Below are positions 48,413 to 57,933 of a stretch of DNA of 64,000 nucleotides, piece after piece. The DNA comes from an uncultured Verrucomicrobiae bacterium. Its GTDB lineage: Bacteria > Verrucomicrobiota > Verrucomicrobiia > Chthoniobacterales > Chthoniobacteraceae. The stretch is taken from assembly GCA_963769025.1 (NCBI GenBank), contig CAVYKI010000010.1, positions 32,001-96,000 of the forward strand, written 5' to 3'. The notes beneath the pieces were generated by a model, which was not told where the DNA came from, searched no databases, and saw only the letters and a program-made list of their open reading frames with translations. Positions within the stretch are counted from its first letter, which is position 1; each line of letters opens with the position of its first letter. The translations under genes and the position numbers were made by a program.

Positions 48413-51025
48413 ATGTTCCGCGGCCTGCTCCTCCTCCTCGCCACCGCCGCCGCATTTGCCGGTGAGCCTTTTTCATTCGACCGCACGCCAGGACGGCTGC
48501 CGAAGGACGTCGTGCCGAAGCTCTATCGCATCTTCATCGAGCCGGACATCGGACGCGCGGCCTTCACCGGCTCCGTCGAGATCGATGTCGAAGTCCGCGA
48601 GCCCGTCCGCACGTTCACGCTGAATGCGCTGGGCCTCACGATCCGAAGCGCGACGCTCGACGGCAATGCCAAGCTGTCGCCCGAGGTGGACGCGGCGAAG
48701 CAATTCCTCACGCTCACCTCGCGCGCGGAAGTTGCCGCAGGCAGGCACACGCTGAAGCTCGAATTCAGCGGCGCGATGACCGAGCAGCCGCAGGGAATGT
48801 TCCTCACTCGTTTCCAGCTGCCCGATGGAACGTGGAGCAAGGGGATCGTCACGCAGATGGAGCCGGCGGACGCACGGCGGATGTTCCCCTGCTGGGACGA
48901 ACCCGTGTTCCGCGCGACGTTCCAGCTCACCGCGATCGTCCCCGCGCAGCACACCGCGCTTTTCAACATGCCCATCACCGGCGAGCGCGCCCTCGGCGAT
49001 GGACGCAAGGAAGTCACCTTCGGCACCACGCCGCCGATGGCGAGCTACCTCGTCGCATTCGCCAGCAGCGACCTCGACAGCATGGAAGACGAGGTTGCCG
49101 GGACAAAGCTCCGCATCTTCGCGACGACCGGAAAACGGGACCGCATGAAGCTCGCGATGGACACGACCAAGTCGGTGCTCCCGTACTTCAACGACTACTT
49201 CGGCGTGAAGTATCCGCTGCCGAAACTCGATCAGGTGGCGTTTCCCAGCGTCGGCGCTGGCGGCATGGAAAACTGGGGAGCGATCGTCTACTCGGACACG
49301 GCGATGCTCTTCGACGCGGCGAATGGCTCGCAGGCAAACCGCGAGCGCGTCTTCGAGATCGTCGCTCATGAGATCGCGCATCAGTGGTTCGGCGATCTCG
49401 TCACGATGGCGTGGTGGGACAATCTCTGGCTGAACGAGGGCTTCGCCTCGTGGATGGCGACGAAGGCCGCGGACCACTTCAACCCCTCGTGGAAAAAGTG
49501 GCTGCGCGCCGCAAGTTCCGCCGAGGCGGCGATGCGCCTCGATGCGCGCGCGACGACGCATCCGATCGAGCAGCCGTCGATCTCGGAATCTCAGGTGAAC
49601 GACGCCTTTGACGAAATCACCTATCAAAAAGGCCAGTCCATCCTGCGCATGATCGAAACGTGGCTGGGCGCGGAAAAGTTCCGGGCCGGCATGCGGCTCT
49701 ACTTTGCCCGCCACGCGATGGGCAGCACAACGACCGCCGACCTGTGGCAGGCGCTCGAGGACGCCTCCGGCGAAAAAGTGCGCACGATGGCCGCAGGCTG
49801 GACAGAGCAGCCGGGCTTCCCGGTCGTCCAAGTGCGCAGCGATGGCGACAACGGGATCGAACTGAGCCAGGAGCGTTTCACCGTGCATCAAAAGGATGCC
49901 GCGGCGCTGACATGGCAGATCCCGGTGCTCATCGCCCTGCTCGACGGCAGCGAACCGCGCACCGTCCTCCTCGGCCCGGAGACTCTGCGCGTTCAGGCCA
50001 CGCTCCCGGTGCGCGTGAATGCCGGACGAGCGGGATATTTCCGCGTGGACTATATCGGCGATGCGTGGACGCGACTGCGGGGGCGCATCACCGCCCTGCC
50101 GGAAGCGGATCGGCTCGGCATCCTGCAGGATCAGTGGGCGTTCGTGCAGGCAGGCCGCGCGCCGCTCGGCCGCTGGCTGGAGCTCGCTGAGTCGTTGCGC
50201 GCCGATCCGTCGCCCACGGTCGGCGGGGAAATCACCGGCGTCCTCGGCTTCCTCGATCACATCTTCCGCGGGACCGCCGAGCGCACCGCTTTCCGCATTC
50301 GTGCGCGCGCCCTGCTCGCGCCGCGACTCGCGGACATGGGATGGGACGCGACGAAAACCGAGGAACCCGTGGCCGCGAATCATCGCGCCGGACTTATCCG
50401 CCTGCTCGGGCAGATGGGCGATCCCGAAGTGCTCCGCGAGGCGCGCAACCGCTTCGAGACATTCATGGCGCGACCGGAATCGCTCGCCGGCGACCTGCGC
50501 GGAGCGGTCCTCGCGCTCGCGGGACAAAACGCCGATGCCGCGACATGGGATCGCATCCGCACACTCGCAAAGCGAACGACCGACACCGAGCAGAAGGATT
50601 TGCTCTACGCGGCGCTCACCGCCGTGCGCGATGAAGCGCTCAGCACCCGCACACTGGCCATCGCGCTCACCGACGAGCTCCCCACGCGCCAGGCCGCAGG
50701 CATCCCGGGCCGCGTGGCTGCCAGCAGCGAACAGCCGGAAAGGGCGTGGGATTTTGCCAAAGCCAACCTCTCCGCCCTGCTCGCACGCGTGTCGGACTTT
50801 GAGGCAAACCGCTTCGTCCCGCGCATATTCACCAATTTCTCCGACGCAAAGCGCGCCGCCGAACTGGAAACATTTGCCGAGTCCAGCCTGCCACCCCGCG
50901 CCGCCCGCGCCGTCGCACTTGCAGCGGACGAAATCCGCTTCAAGTCCGATTTCCGCACCCGCGCCCTGCGCGAGGCCGCCCCATGGATCGCCGCCGACGC
51001 CGCCGCACCCGCGGCTGGAAAGTGA
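48413..51025 (+). CDS. pepN: Secreted M1 family aminopeptidase with ERAP1-like C-terminal domain
   Basis: Signal peptide, ARRMFPCWDEP, GGMEN, HEIAHQW...LNEGF (HExxH-x18-E), ITYQKG. Confidence 0.9.
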   Translation: MFRGLLLLLATAAAFAGEPFSFDRTPGRLPKDVVPKLYRIFIEPDIGRAAFTGSVEIDVEVREPVRTFTLNALGLTIRSATLDGNAKLSPEVDAAKQFLTLTSRAEVAAGRHTLKLEFSGAMTEQPQGMFLTRFQLPDGTWSKGIVTQMEPADARRMFPCWDEPVFRATFQLTAIVPAQHTALFNMPITGERALGDGRKEVTFGTTPPMASYLVAFASSDLDSMEDEVAGTKLRIFATTGKRDRMKLAMDTTKSVLPYFNDYFGVKYPLPKLDQVAFPSVGAGGMENWGAIVYSDTAMLFDAANGSQANRERVFEIVAHEIAHQWFGDLVTMAWWDNLWLNEGFASWMATKAADHFNPSWKKWLRAASSAEAAMRLDARATTHPIEQPSISESQVNDAFDEITYQKGQSILRMIETWLGAEKFRAGMRLYFARHAMGSTTTADLWQALEDASGEKVRTMAAGWTEQPGFPVVQVRSDGDNGIELSQERFTVHQKDAAALTWQIPVLIALLDGSEPRTVLLGPETLRVQATLPVRVNAGRAGYFRVDYIGDAWTRLRGRITALPEADRLGILQDQWAFVQAGRAPLGRWLELAESLRADPSPTVGGEITGVLGFLDHIFRGTAERTAFRIRARALLAPRLADMGWDATKTEEPVAANHRAGLIRLLGQMGDPEVLREARNRFETFMARPESLAGDLRGAVLALAGQNADAATWDRIRTLAKRTTDTEQKDLLYAALTAVRDEALSTRTLAIALTDELPTRQAAGIPGRVAASSEQPERAWDFAKANLSALLARVSDFEANRFVPRIFTNFSDAKRAAELETFAESSLPPRAARAVALAADEIRFKSDFRTRALREAAPWIAADAAAPAAGK

Positions 51026-51100
51026 TGGTGGGCAGTGAGGGATTCGAACCCACGACCAACTCGGTGTAAACGAGACGCTCTACCGCTGAGCTAACTGCCC
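51026..51100 (-). tRNA. tRNA-Val (TAC)
   Basis: GGGCAGTTAGCTCAGCGGTAGAGCGTCTCGTTTACACCGAGTTGGTCGTGGGTTCGAATCCCTCACTGCCCACCA, CCA encoded. Confidence 0.96.
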
Positions 51101-51492
51101 CGGAAATTGCTGACCGCTCCTTTAAGCGATATTTCAAAACCTGTCATCCCCACATTCCATGCCCCGCTTTCCGGAAAGGCCCGCCGTCCGGATTGCCATT
51201 TTCCTTACAGAAAGCCCCACCCTGCCGATCCGGAGCCACCTTTCGGTTCCGAGGACCCGTGATCTGCCGGCTGGGAGGCCCATGTCGCTACCGCAGAACC
51301 CTGGGTTGCCGGGCGGGACGGCTCTTTTCAGCTCGCTGCCGTTTTCAGCGAAGCGCTGACCTCGAGTCTGTCATGCATTTTGAACGAAATGGTGCGCTGA
51401 GGCCAAAAGGCCCTGCACAAGCCAGCTCAGGCTGGTGTGGATGCGGGCCTTTGATCCTCTGTCCACTTCGCCAGCGAAGTGCTCTGCGGTCT

Positions 51493-53646
51493 CTACGCCC
51501 CGTACTTCCGCATCCACCGCTCGATGGCGGCGCGTGCTTCGCCCCAGAGCGTCACGCGGACCGGGCTGCGGAACCGGACCCGCGCGAGTTCACCGTCGTC
51601 GAGCGCGGAGGCCATCTTGGAAGTCACCCGCACCGTCGCGCCGATGTGCGGCTCGGCGAGTTCGTAGCGTTCCTCTCCCTGCGTGCGCGGCGCTGCGTCG
51701 CCGCCCGCGGCCTGCACGGCGATCGGTCCGCCTGCGATCGCGGTGAGCGCGGGATGCGGCAGCGTGCGCGATGCGTTCCCATCGAGATGCTCCAGCCGCG
51801 CGGAGAGCACATCGCCGCGTCCGTCCACACGCACCGAGACCGCGCCCTGGAGCGCGGCCTTGAAATGCGGTGCGGCATCCTGACGGATCGCGAGCTTCAC
51901 CTCGCGCCCTTCGGCCTCGCCGATTTTCAGGATCTCGTCGCCGCGTTGAAAGTAAGAGCCCTCCACCTGATCGAGCTTCCGCGCCGAGACTTGTCCCGCG
52001 ATCGGTGCGCGGATCTGGAGCGTCGCGAGATATGATTCGTTTTCGCGCACCGTCTTGCGCAGCCCCTCGGCGCGCGCGAATGCGGCCTGGTACTCCGATA
52101 CGGTGCCCTTCGCATAGGCGACCCGCACGCGGAGTTCCTGCGCATCGAGTTCGCGCCGCGCCTTCATGAGCGCGGATGCGGCCTCCTCGTTTCGCAACTC
52201 CACGAGCAGCGCACCCGCCTCCACGACGTCGCCATTCTTCACGTGCAGCCGTTCGACGAAGCCGGGACACTCCGCGCGCAGGATGCGCGTGTCGCCGAAT
52301 TCCACCACGCCGCGCGCCACCACCGTCTTCCGATACGGCGAGAAAAACACGAGCCAGACGAGTCCGAACACCACCGCGAGCCGCAGCGCCACGTGCAGCG
52401 TGCTCCCCATGCCGCGATGCAGTGCGTCGCGGATCTGCTTCACAAACATCACGAGCGGCACGCCGATCCACGCCACACTCGCGAGCACCGAGATCAGCAG
52501 CCCGCCTCCGCGGAACATCACGCTCGCGGCGAGCAGGCAGCCCGCGACGACGAGGATCTGCCACACCCACGCCGCGACGCCATAGATCGCCACGAGCCAG
52601 TCCTCGCGTGTTTCGAGCCGCCCGGGCCTCAGCTTTTTCGCGCCGAGCAGCACCCATGTCGCCGCGGCCATGAACCACGAGCGCGCGCGCGTCGCGAGAT
52701 TCGGGATGCCGAGCAGATCGCTGAGGATGAAGTATCCGTCGAAGCGCATCAGCGGATTCGCATTGAAGAAAATCGTGACCGCCGTGCCCATCACGATCGC
52801 GTTGTGCAGGATGGTCGCGGCGCGTCCGTCCGCCGTCCCAGCCCACGCGATGGCGGCGATCGCGGCGATGAAAATTTCCACGTACATCCCCGCGCACGCG
52901 ACGACGATGCGCCGCCACTTTGACGCGAGCCCGAGGCTCGCGGTGGCATCCACGTAGCCCATCGGCATCAGCAGGATGAAAATCACCCCCACCTCGCGCA
53001 CGCGCGTGCCGAAGTGCCGGCAGAAAATCCCGTGGCCGCACTCGTGCAAAATTTTCAGCCCGATCCAGACGAGTCCCAGCCACAGCCAATTATCCCGCGC
53101 GATGATCCCGGTGAAGCCGCGGCTGAAGCGCTCCCATTCCATCCCCACGCGCGATGCGCCGACGAAGATCACGGCGATCCAAATCGCGAATCCAAACCAC
53201 CCGAGCACGGGACGGAACAGACGCGCCGCCCACGCAAAGAACCGATCGGGACGCCCGAGCGGCACGCGGACGAGCAACGGGTTCATCCATTGCACGGCCC
53301 CTTTCAACGCGCGCCGCGAACCCTCGGCCTCACCCGTCGCGCGCTCGCTCTCGAGGGCGAGCAGGTGATTGTCCTTCAGCCAGCGCAGCATCTGCAACGC
53401 CTCCTGCTCGGTGAAAGTCTCGCCGCTGCGATCGCGTGCGCGCCGCGCGATGATGGACGCCACGGTCTGCCGTCCGTCGAGCGAGCGGAAGAAATGATAT
53501 TCCTCGGTCCCGACGCGGAAAAACCGCGACGACGCAGGATCCTCGATCACGCACACGCGCTCGCCGCCCTGTTCCTGCACGGAGAAATTCAGGCAGTCGC
53601 GCAACCGCGGGCGGAGCATCTCGAATTCGCGGACGGAGAAGTTCAT
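51493..53646 (-). CDS. M50-peptidase-like membrane protein fused to an N-terminal PqqD-like domain and a C-terminal HlyD/MFP domain
   Basis: PRLR...IEDP....FFR...LDG, HECGH, NANPLMRFDGYFILSD, multiple TMs, lipoyl-like HVKNGDVVEAG and IRAPIAG. Confidence 0.85.
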   Translation of the reverse strand: MNFSVREFEMLRPRLRDCLNFSVQEQGGERVCVIEDPASSRFFRVGTEEYHFFRSLDGRQTVASIIARRARDRSGETFTEQEALQMLRWLKDNHLLALESERATGEAEGSRRALKGAVQWMNPLLVRVPLGRPDRFFAWAARLFRPVLGWFGFAIWIAVIFVGASRVGMEWERFSRGFTGIIARDNWLWLGLVWIGLKILHECGHGIFCRHFGTRVREVGVIFILLMPMGYVDATASLGLASKWRRIVVACAGMYVEIFIAAIAAIAWAGTADGRAATILHNAIVMGTAVTIFFNANPLMRFDGYFILSDLLGIPNLATRARSWFMAAATWVLLGAKKLRPGRLETREDWLVAIYGVAAWVWQILVVAGCLLAASVMFRGGGLLISVLASVAWIGVPLVMFVKQIRDALHRGMGSTLHVALRLAVVFGLVWLVFFSPYRKTVVARGVVEFGDTRILRAECPGFVERLHVKNGDVVEAGALLVELRNEEAASALMKARRELDAQELRVRVAYAKGTVSEYQAAFARAEGLRKTVRENESYLATLQIRAPIAGQVSARKLDQVEGSYFQRGDEILKIGEAEGREVKLAIRQDAAPHFKAALQGAVSVRVDGRGDVLSARLEHLDGNASRTLPHPALTAIAGGPIAVQAAGGDAAPRTQGEERYELAEPHIGATVRVTSKMASALDDGELARVRFRSPVRVTLWGEARAAIERWMRKYGA

Positions 53647-53673
53647 CGTGTCACAGCACTGCGGGGAGCCGCG

Positions 53674-55506
53674 CTACCATAGCAGGGTCGTCTCCACCCA
53701 TTCGGTGAAGCGGTGCCCGATGATCCAGATCAGCGGACGCCGGTCCCCCTCGATGGACGCACGCCCGCGCATCCCTGGACGAAGCTCCGGTGCGCCGCTG
53801 CCGACCGGCGCCTCGGCGATGAAAACGTTCGCCCCGTCGCGCTGCTCGCTCATCGGATGCAGCCGGTCGATTTTGCTCTCCCCGCTCCATCCGCCAAACG
53901 CCTCCACGCGGAAGCTGACCGCCATGCCGGTGCGCACGCGGCTCACGTCGCGATCCGGCACGTCCAGCTCCACGATCATTTCATCCAGCGGCGCGATCTC
54001 GAAAAGCACCTGCCCCTGACGGATCGGCTGACCTTCCGAGCGCCGCAGATCGCCGCTCACGACCATGCCCGCGATGGGCGCCTTCACTTCGAGCATCGCG
54101 AGCTTGCGCTCGACGAGCGCGAGTTCCTGCATGATGCCGTCCGCCTCGAACGCCGCGACCTGCGCCGCGGAAAAGTCCGCGCCGTCGGGGCTGTTCATCG
54201 CGCGGTCACGCTTCTTCAGCGCCTGGTCGCGGCTCGCGGTGAGTTCGGCCTGCTTGAGCTTCAGCTCGCGGTTTTCCATGACCACGAGCACACCGCCCAC
54301 GGCCACGCTGTCGCCGGGCTGCACGCGGCTGCGGCCGAGCTGTCCCTCGAATGGCGCGGCGAGCGTGCGCTTCACTTTCGGCACGAGCCGGCAGTCGGTG
54401 CGGATGGTGTGGTGGAATGGACACGCAAGCAGCGCAGCGAGGAGCACCGCGCCGATCACGAGCGCGCGGCGACCGCTGCGGGTCGCATTCCGCCATGTGC
54501 GGCGCACGAAAAACGCGACGGGATTTGGCCGCGCGCGCTCCAGCAGGCGGAAGAGCGGCGGCACGAATGGAATCGCTGCGTCTAGCAGCGCGGGCGTGCG
54601 GCGATCGGGATCCGCGTCCCATTCGAGGAGCAGCGCCCCTTCGTGCAATGGCACCGTGGTGATTCGCGCAGCGCCGGTTTTTTGCTGGAGAAGTTCGTGC
54701 GCGATCGTGTCGCCGTGGCCGGCGTCCGCGGGCGTGAAATCCACCTGCGCGTCACCGAGCAGCGCCTCGCCCATCGCGGATTCGATGGGCTGATGCAGCG
54801 GGCTCTTCGCGTCCACATGCTGCACGCCGCTCATCGCACGCAGGCGCACGCCGCGCGCCGAGCGCGCCCCGAGACACACGCGCGTGCAGCCGAGGTAATC
54901 GCGCAGCGCATCCACGGCGACGCGGCAAGCCTTCGGGTAATCTTCCTCGCCCGCCGTCTTCCGAAAAATATCCAGCAGCCCGCTCGCGCGCGAGAGCACC
55001 CATTGCACATCATCCGTCGCGGACCGCTGCTCGCGATAAAGCAGGAAGCCGGCGGCACTTTGCAAAATGACGAGATACGCCTGCAGGTCGCGCGGATTAG
55101 GGACCACGATTTGCGCGAGCAGCACCCACAGCGGCTGTTCCTCGCGCCGCACCGGCACCGCGAGCGTGTAGCCATCCGCGCCGAGCGACGGCGCGGGTTC
55201 CGCCACGGCGGCGGCGGCATTTGCGAGCCGTTCTCCGAGCGGCGCGAGCGACGTGGCGAGGATGCCGCGCGTCGTGACGACCACGCTCGAGAGCCCCGCC
55301 TTTCCCGCCGCGGGAAACAGCGCGAGCGCCTTCGCATTCAGCAGCGCGCGGAGAAATTCGAGCAGCGGGCGAAGTTCGCCGGATTTTGCCTCAGCGAGCG
55401 CGGCGAGTTGATCCTGGATCAGCGGCCCGTCCGGCATCCCGGGCGCGATCGGCGCTCCCGTGGCACCGGATCGTCCGCTCGAAGCCTTGGCGACGGAACC
55501 GCTCAT
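53674..55506 (-). CDS. GAF-domain-containing HlyD/RND periplasmic adaptor
   Basis: Two GAF-like N-terminal regions, a single TM, AAPFEG...VQPGDSV, helical hairpin, VKAPIAGMV, LRPGMRG. Confidence 0.85.
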   Translation of the reverse strand: MSGSVAKASSGRSGATGAPIAPGMPDGPLIQDQLAALAEAKSGELRPLLEFLRALLNAKALALFPAAGKAGLSSVVVTTRGILATSLAPLGERLANAAAAVAEPAPSLGADGYTLAVPVRREEQPLWVLLAQIVVPNPRDLQAYLVILQSAAGFLLYREQRSATDDVQWVLSRASGLLDIFRKTAGEEDYPKACRVAVDALRDYLGCTRVCLGARSARGVRLRAMSGVQHVDAKSPLHQPIESAMGEALLGDAQVDFTPADAGHGDTIAHELLQQKTGAARITTVPLHEGALLLEWDADPDRRTPALLDAAIPFVPPLFRLLERARPNPVAFFVRRTWRNATRSGRRALVIGAVLLAALLACPFHHTIRTDCRLVPKVKRTLAAPFEGQLGRSRVQPGDSVAVGGVLVVMENRELKLKQAELTASRDQALKKRDRAMNSPDGADFSAAQVAAFEADGIMQELALVERKLAMLEVKAPIAGMVVSGDLRRSEGQPIRQGQVLFEIAPLDEMIVELDVPDRDVSRVRTGMAVSFRVEAFGGWSGESKIDRLHPMSEQRDGANVFIAEAPVGSGAPELRPGMRGRASIEGDRRPLIWIIGHRFTEWVETTLLW

Positions 55507-55536
55507 GTCACAGCGCGCAAGTCAGCACGCGCGCGG

Positions 55537-55830
55537 TCATTTTTTGCTGACCACAGGAGGCGTGGCAGCCTGGGCCTCACTCTTCGCGACGAGCTGCGTG
55601 AGCATCTGGTGAAAGCGCTTCAGCGCGGCGTGCGGCATCGCGATGCGCGTGTGTATCGGCAGCACGCTCACGCCATTTCCCTGATCGGGAATGATGCCGC
55701 TGGAAAAATCCAGGAACACCTCCTCCTGTCCGGTGGTGAGGACGATCTGGTTCGCATAGCGAGCCGTGGTGTCTTCGTATTTGACCTGGAGTTTGACCTG
55801 CTGGGGTTTCGGAGCGTCTGGCATGGGCAC
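55537..55830 (-). CDS. DUF3467 family protein
   Basis: YAN......EEVFLDF...RIAM...LKRF..ML motif pattern. Confidence 0.8.
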   Translation of the reverse strand: MPMPDAPKPQQVKLQVKYEDTTARYANQIVLTTGQEEVFLDFSSGIIPDQGNGVSVLPIHTRIAMPHAALKRFHQMLTQLVAKSEAQAATPPVVSKK

Positions 55831-55916
55831 TTGCTAGATGTCGCCGCGTGACTTGGCAAACGCCACGTGAAATTTTCCGGGGAACGCAACGTACCGACAG
55901 GCCGGACCGCAACATC

Positions 55917-57933
55917 TCAAAACGCGAACCCGAAGCTCACGTGCAGCGCGCCGGATGCATCGCCCTCCTTCGGGCTCGGGTTGTAACCGTAGTCGATCCG
56001 CAGCGGGCCGATGGGGAGCTGGTAGCGCAGGCCCGCGCCGATCGCGTAGCGCATGTCGTCGAGCGAAACCGCTGAATCGCCGACCAGGTTGCCCGCATCC
56101 GCGAAGACCGCGCCGCTGATCGCGCGGGAAATGGGAAATCCCCACTCCGCATTGAGCACCGTGTAGAAATTGCCGCCGAGCGGATTGCCGGAGATGTCCT
56201 TCGGGCCAAGTTCCCGCTCGGCATAGCTGCGCACGGTCGTGCCGCCGCCGTTGAAGAACCGCAGATCGACCGGCACGAGTTCATCGCTGATGGGAATGAT
56301 CCACCCGGCGCGTGCGCCGAAGCCGAACAGCGATTTCCCGTACTTGCGATACCACGAGTAGCGCGCCGTGACCCTCGCGAACGCGAGCTGCCCGTCGAGC
56401 GCATCGATGTCGGCCGAGGTGGTGAGGACCCAGCCGCGAGTCGGGTTCATCATGTCATCGCGGCGGTCGAGTGTCTGTGTGAGGCCGATTCCCGCGAGCA
56501 CGTAGTCCTGCGGCCCGGCGAGCCGCTCGTCGATCTCGAGCTTGCTGATGTTCGTCGCCTCCAAAGACCGTGTAGCCGCCAGCCTCCCAATGCGGCGCAA
56601 AGCGGCGCTTGAGTTCGAGCCGCGCGCCCTCGGTCGTCTTCGAGTAGCCGATTTCGTCGCGGACGGCCGAGTAGATTTTCGCGCGCATCGTCCACCGCGT
56701 GTCGAACAGCCACGGATCGATGTAGAGGAGTTCGCCGCGGAAACCGCGCTGCGAATACTGCAGGCTCAGCGAGAGCGGACGGCCACGGCGGAGAAAATTC
56801 CTGTCACCGAGCGTCACGCCGCCGATGGCGCCGTCGTAGCTCCCGTAGCCGAGCTCAAAGCCGAGTTCCTTCGCCTTCGCCTCCTCGACCTCGACGGCGA
56901 GATTCAGCACATTGGGACCGTCGATGACGGGCCGCACGCGGAGCCCCCTGAAGAGCCCCGTCTTGATGAGCTCGCGATACCGTTCCTCGATTTTCGCCGG
57001 GTCGTAGATTTCGCCGGTGAGCGATGCGAAGCGCTTCTCGATGAATTCCGGCGGGAGCCGGTCTGTGCCGCTCGGCACGACACGCGCGACGTGAAATTGC
57101 GGTCCCGGCTCGCAGATGAAAGTGACCGGCACCACTCCGCCCTTCGCCTGCGTGCGATCCGCGTGTGCCTCGACCTTCGCGGTGAAGTATCCCTTCGAGC
57201 GGTAATGCCCCCACAGCAGGCGCCGCATGTCATCCACCACGAACGGCGTGAACACCGCGCCGTCCTGCAACGCGAGTGCCCCGAGCAGTTCCTTCCGGTC
57301 CAGCACCGGGTGCCCGGCAAAAGTGATCGCACCGAGGAAATACTTCCGCCCCTCGGTGGTCCGCACCACGAGGTCCGCGCTCTTGCCGCTGGCGCTGATC
57401 CGCGTTCCCGAAACATCCACCACCGCATCGAGAAACCCCTCCGACTGATAGAACGCGAGCACCCGGCCGGCACCGGCCTCGACCTCGGATTCGTTAAACG
57501 GCAGCTTCGACTCCGCCACTTTGTCCGGCGCGATTCCGACCATGTACTCCGCGAGCTTCGCATCATCGAAGGCCCGGTTGCCCGTGAATCGCAGCGACTG
57601 CACAAATGTCCGCACGCCCTCGCGCACCTTGAGCACGAGCTGCCGGCCGCGAATCTCGAAGGTGATGTCCGCCGAGGGAAATCCCTGCTTCCGGTAAAAC
57701 GATCCAAGGAACCATGCCGCGTCATCCGCATGCGCGGGAGTCAGCCCCGATGTCGCGATGTCGCGGAGCTGCTCCGCGAGAACGGTGCGGAGCTTCTCCT
57801 CCGTGAAACTCGTCGCGCCCGGGAAAGCCACATCCGCCTCCGCTCCCAAAGCGTCCGATGCGCCGGCCTGGATCACGCACACCGCGGCGAGGATTAGCGT
57901 CACGCGTCGCAAAAATTTCATCAGCACACTCAT
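55917..57933 (-). CDS. tamA: Omp85 family outer-membrane protein (TamA/BamA-like; probable sequencing frameshift near 56565)
   Basis: Signal peptide, POTRA repeats (Y...GF/GY), FFNGGGTTVRSY, GLRYQLPIGPLRIDYG, terminal GFAF. ATGA overlap with tamB. Confidence 0.8.

Noticed and set aside
51101..51492. ncRNA or riboswitch in the 390-bp spacer
   Set aside because: Only small hairpins (e.g. CACTTCGC/GCGAAGTG) and no recognisable family consensus.
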